Shown: positions 63,078 through 64,000 of the stretch, piece after piece
Position numbering within the stretch: position 1 is the stretch's first letter
How the letters are laid out: each line of letters begins with the position of its first letter
Source of the DNA: Trichoplax adhaerens
Taxonomy: Eukaryota; Animalia; Placozoa
Direction of reading: 5' to 3'
DNA: 64,000 nt
Assembly (NCBI RefSeq): GCF_000150275.1
Contig: NW_002060968.1
Coordinates: forward strand, 653,788-717,787
Made by a program: the position numbers and the translations under genes
The notes under the pieces: model-generated
The model's input: the letters and a program-made list of their open reading frames with translations, nothing else
Told to the model about the DNA's origin: nothing
Database searches by the model: none

Positions 63078-64000
63078 TATCAAATCGAGTGGTATGTATC
63101 TCTTAATGAGGATTAAACACTTTTTTAACGTTGAAAACTACTTGACTATAGTAATTTTTTGGCAAGACTTATTAATGATTTAAGTAGCTTTTAACTTGTC
63201 ATCAAAATGATAGTAACGCTTTTATAATATTGACATCCAAATCTTGGCAATAATTGATGGTGGTATAAGAATTTCTATTCCGATCGGATTAAATTTATAA
63301 ATAGCTTTAAATTCGAATTGAAAACATCAACGCAAATTGATAGTAGTTAAATTTATATTTAGACTGAATCAACACATAAGCAATCTCATATTTCTGATTT
63401 GGCGCACAGCTACTCAATACAGTACGTTGCTTTAGCGAAGATCGCTGTTGATAAAACGTACGTTATTTACCTTTTCAGCGTTAGTATTTCTACTGGTTCG
63501 CTTTTAACCAAGTCCGACCTAAAAGATATCAATTGATTGATTCAAAAACGAAGGGATAAGATAAATTTATTAAAAAATGCTTTATTTTAGATTTGAATGA
63601 AAATTTAAATCCAAGTAAAGCTCTGATCAAGCCTTAAATAATCAAGACACAGCAATTCAACTTACTTTATGACAAATTATCTATGTAATCTATACTTTTG
63701 ATAAATCAAGTATAAGTGAACAGGAAGATTGGATTTTATTCGTTGATTTTAGATAGAGTCTAACAAGGTTATGTCAGTTTGTCTGAAAGGGTTTTGTTTC
63801 AAATGATCTGTCTTAAGACGGTTGCACCTATTTCTATCGGAATGAAATAGGGCAATTTTACTTCAAAGTGGAGATGACGGATGTTTACCATCGCTTGGGT
63901 TATCTATTTACAAATAAAATAGGCATGATGTTGACGTTATAGTTGACTCAATACAACTTTGAAGCTATCAATAGCAATCAGGGGCTGTATATGTTAATAC

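Overview
AT-rich eukaryotic (animal) genomic DNA with many short introns (~70-200 bp); the composition and gene content suggest a placozoan (Trichoplax-like) genome, which is an inference. In order: two tandem intronless rhodopsin-class GPCR paralogues (the second has a 1-bp frameshift); an LTR-like relic and an old tandem repeat; two tandem ~36-exon P5B-type ATPase genes (ATP13A2/3 family) with matching intron positions and altered substrate-pocket motifs (the second has one in-frame TAA and a solo LTR in intron 2); a multi-exon Apaf-1-like NB-ARC (STAND) gene with an LHN instead of LHD motif, no intact CARD found and a short C-terminus without WD40 signatures; two convergent intronless SEL1-repeat paralogues; a mosaic 78-bp tandem array with an internal hairpin next to a decayed LINE-type endonuclease; and a neuropeptide-type GPCR with deviant DRY and NPxxY motifs. 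No rRNA, tRNA or CRISPR array was seen. All exon models were read by eye and none is database-verified.
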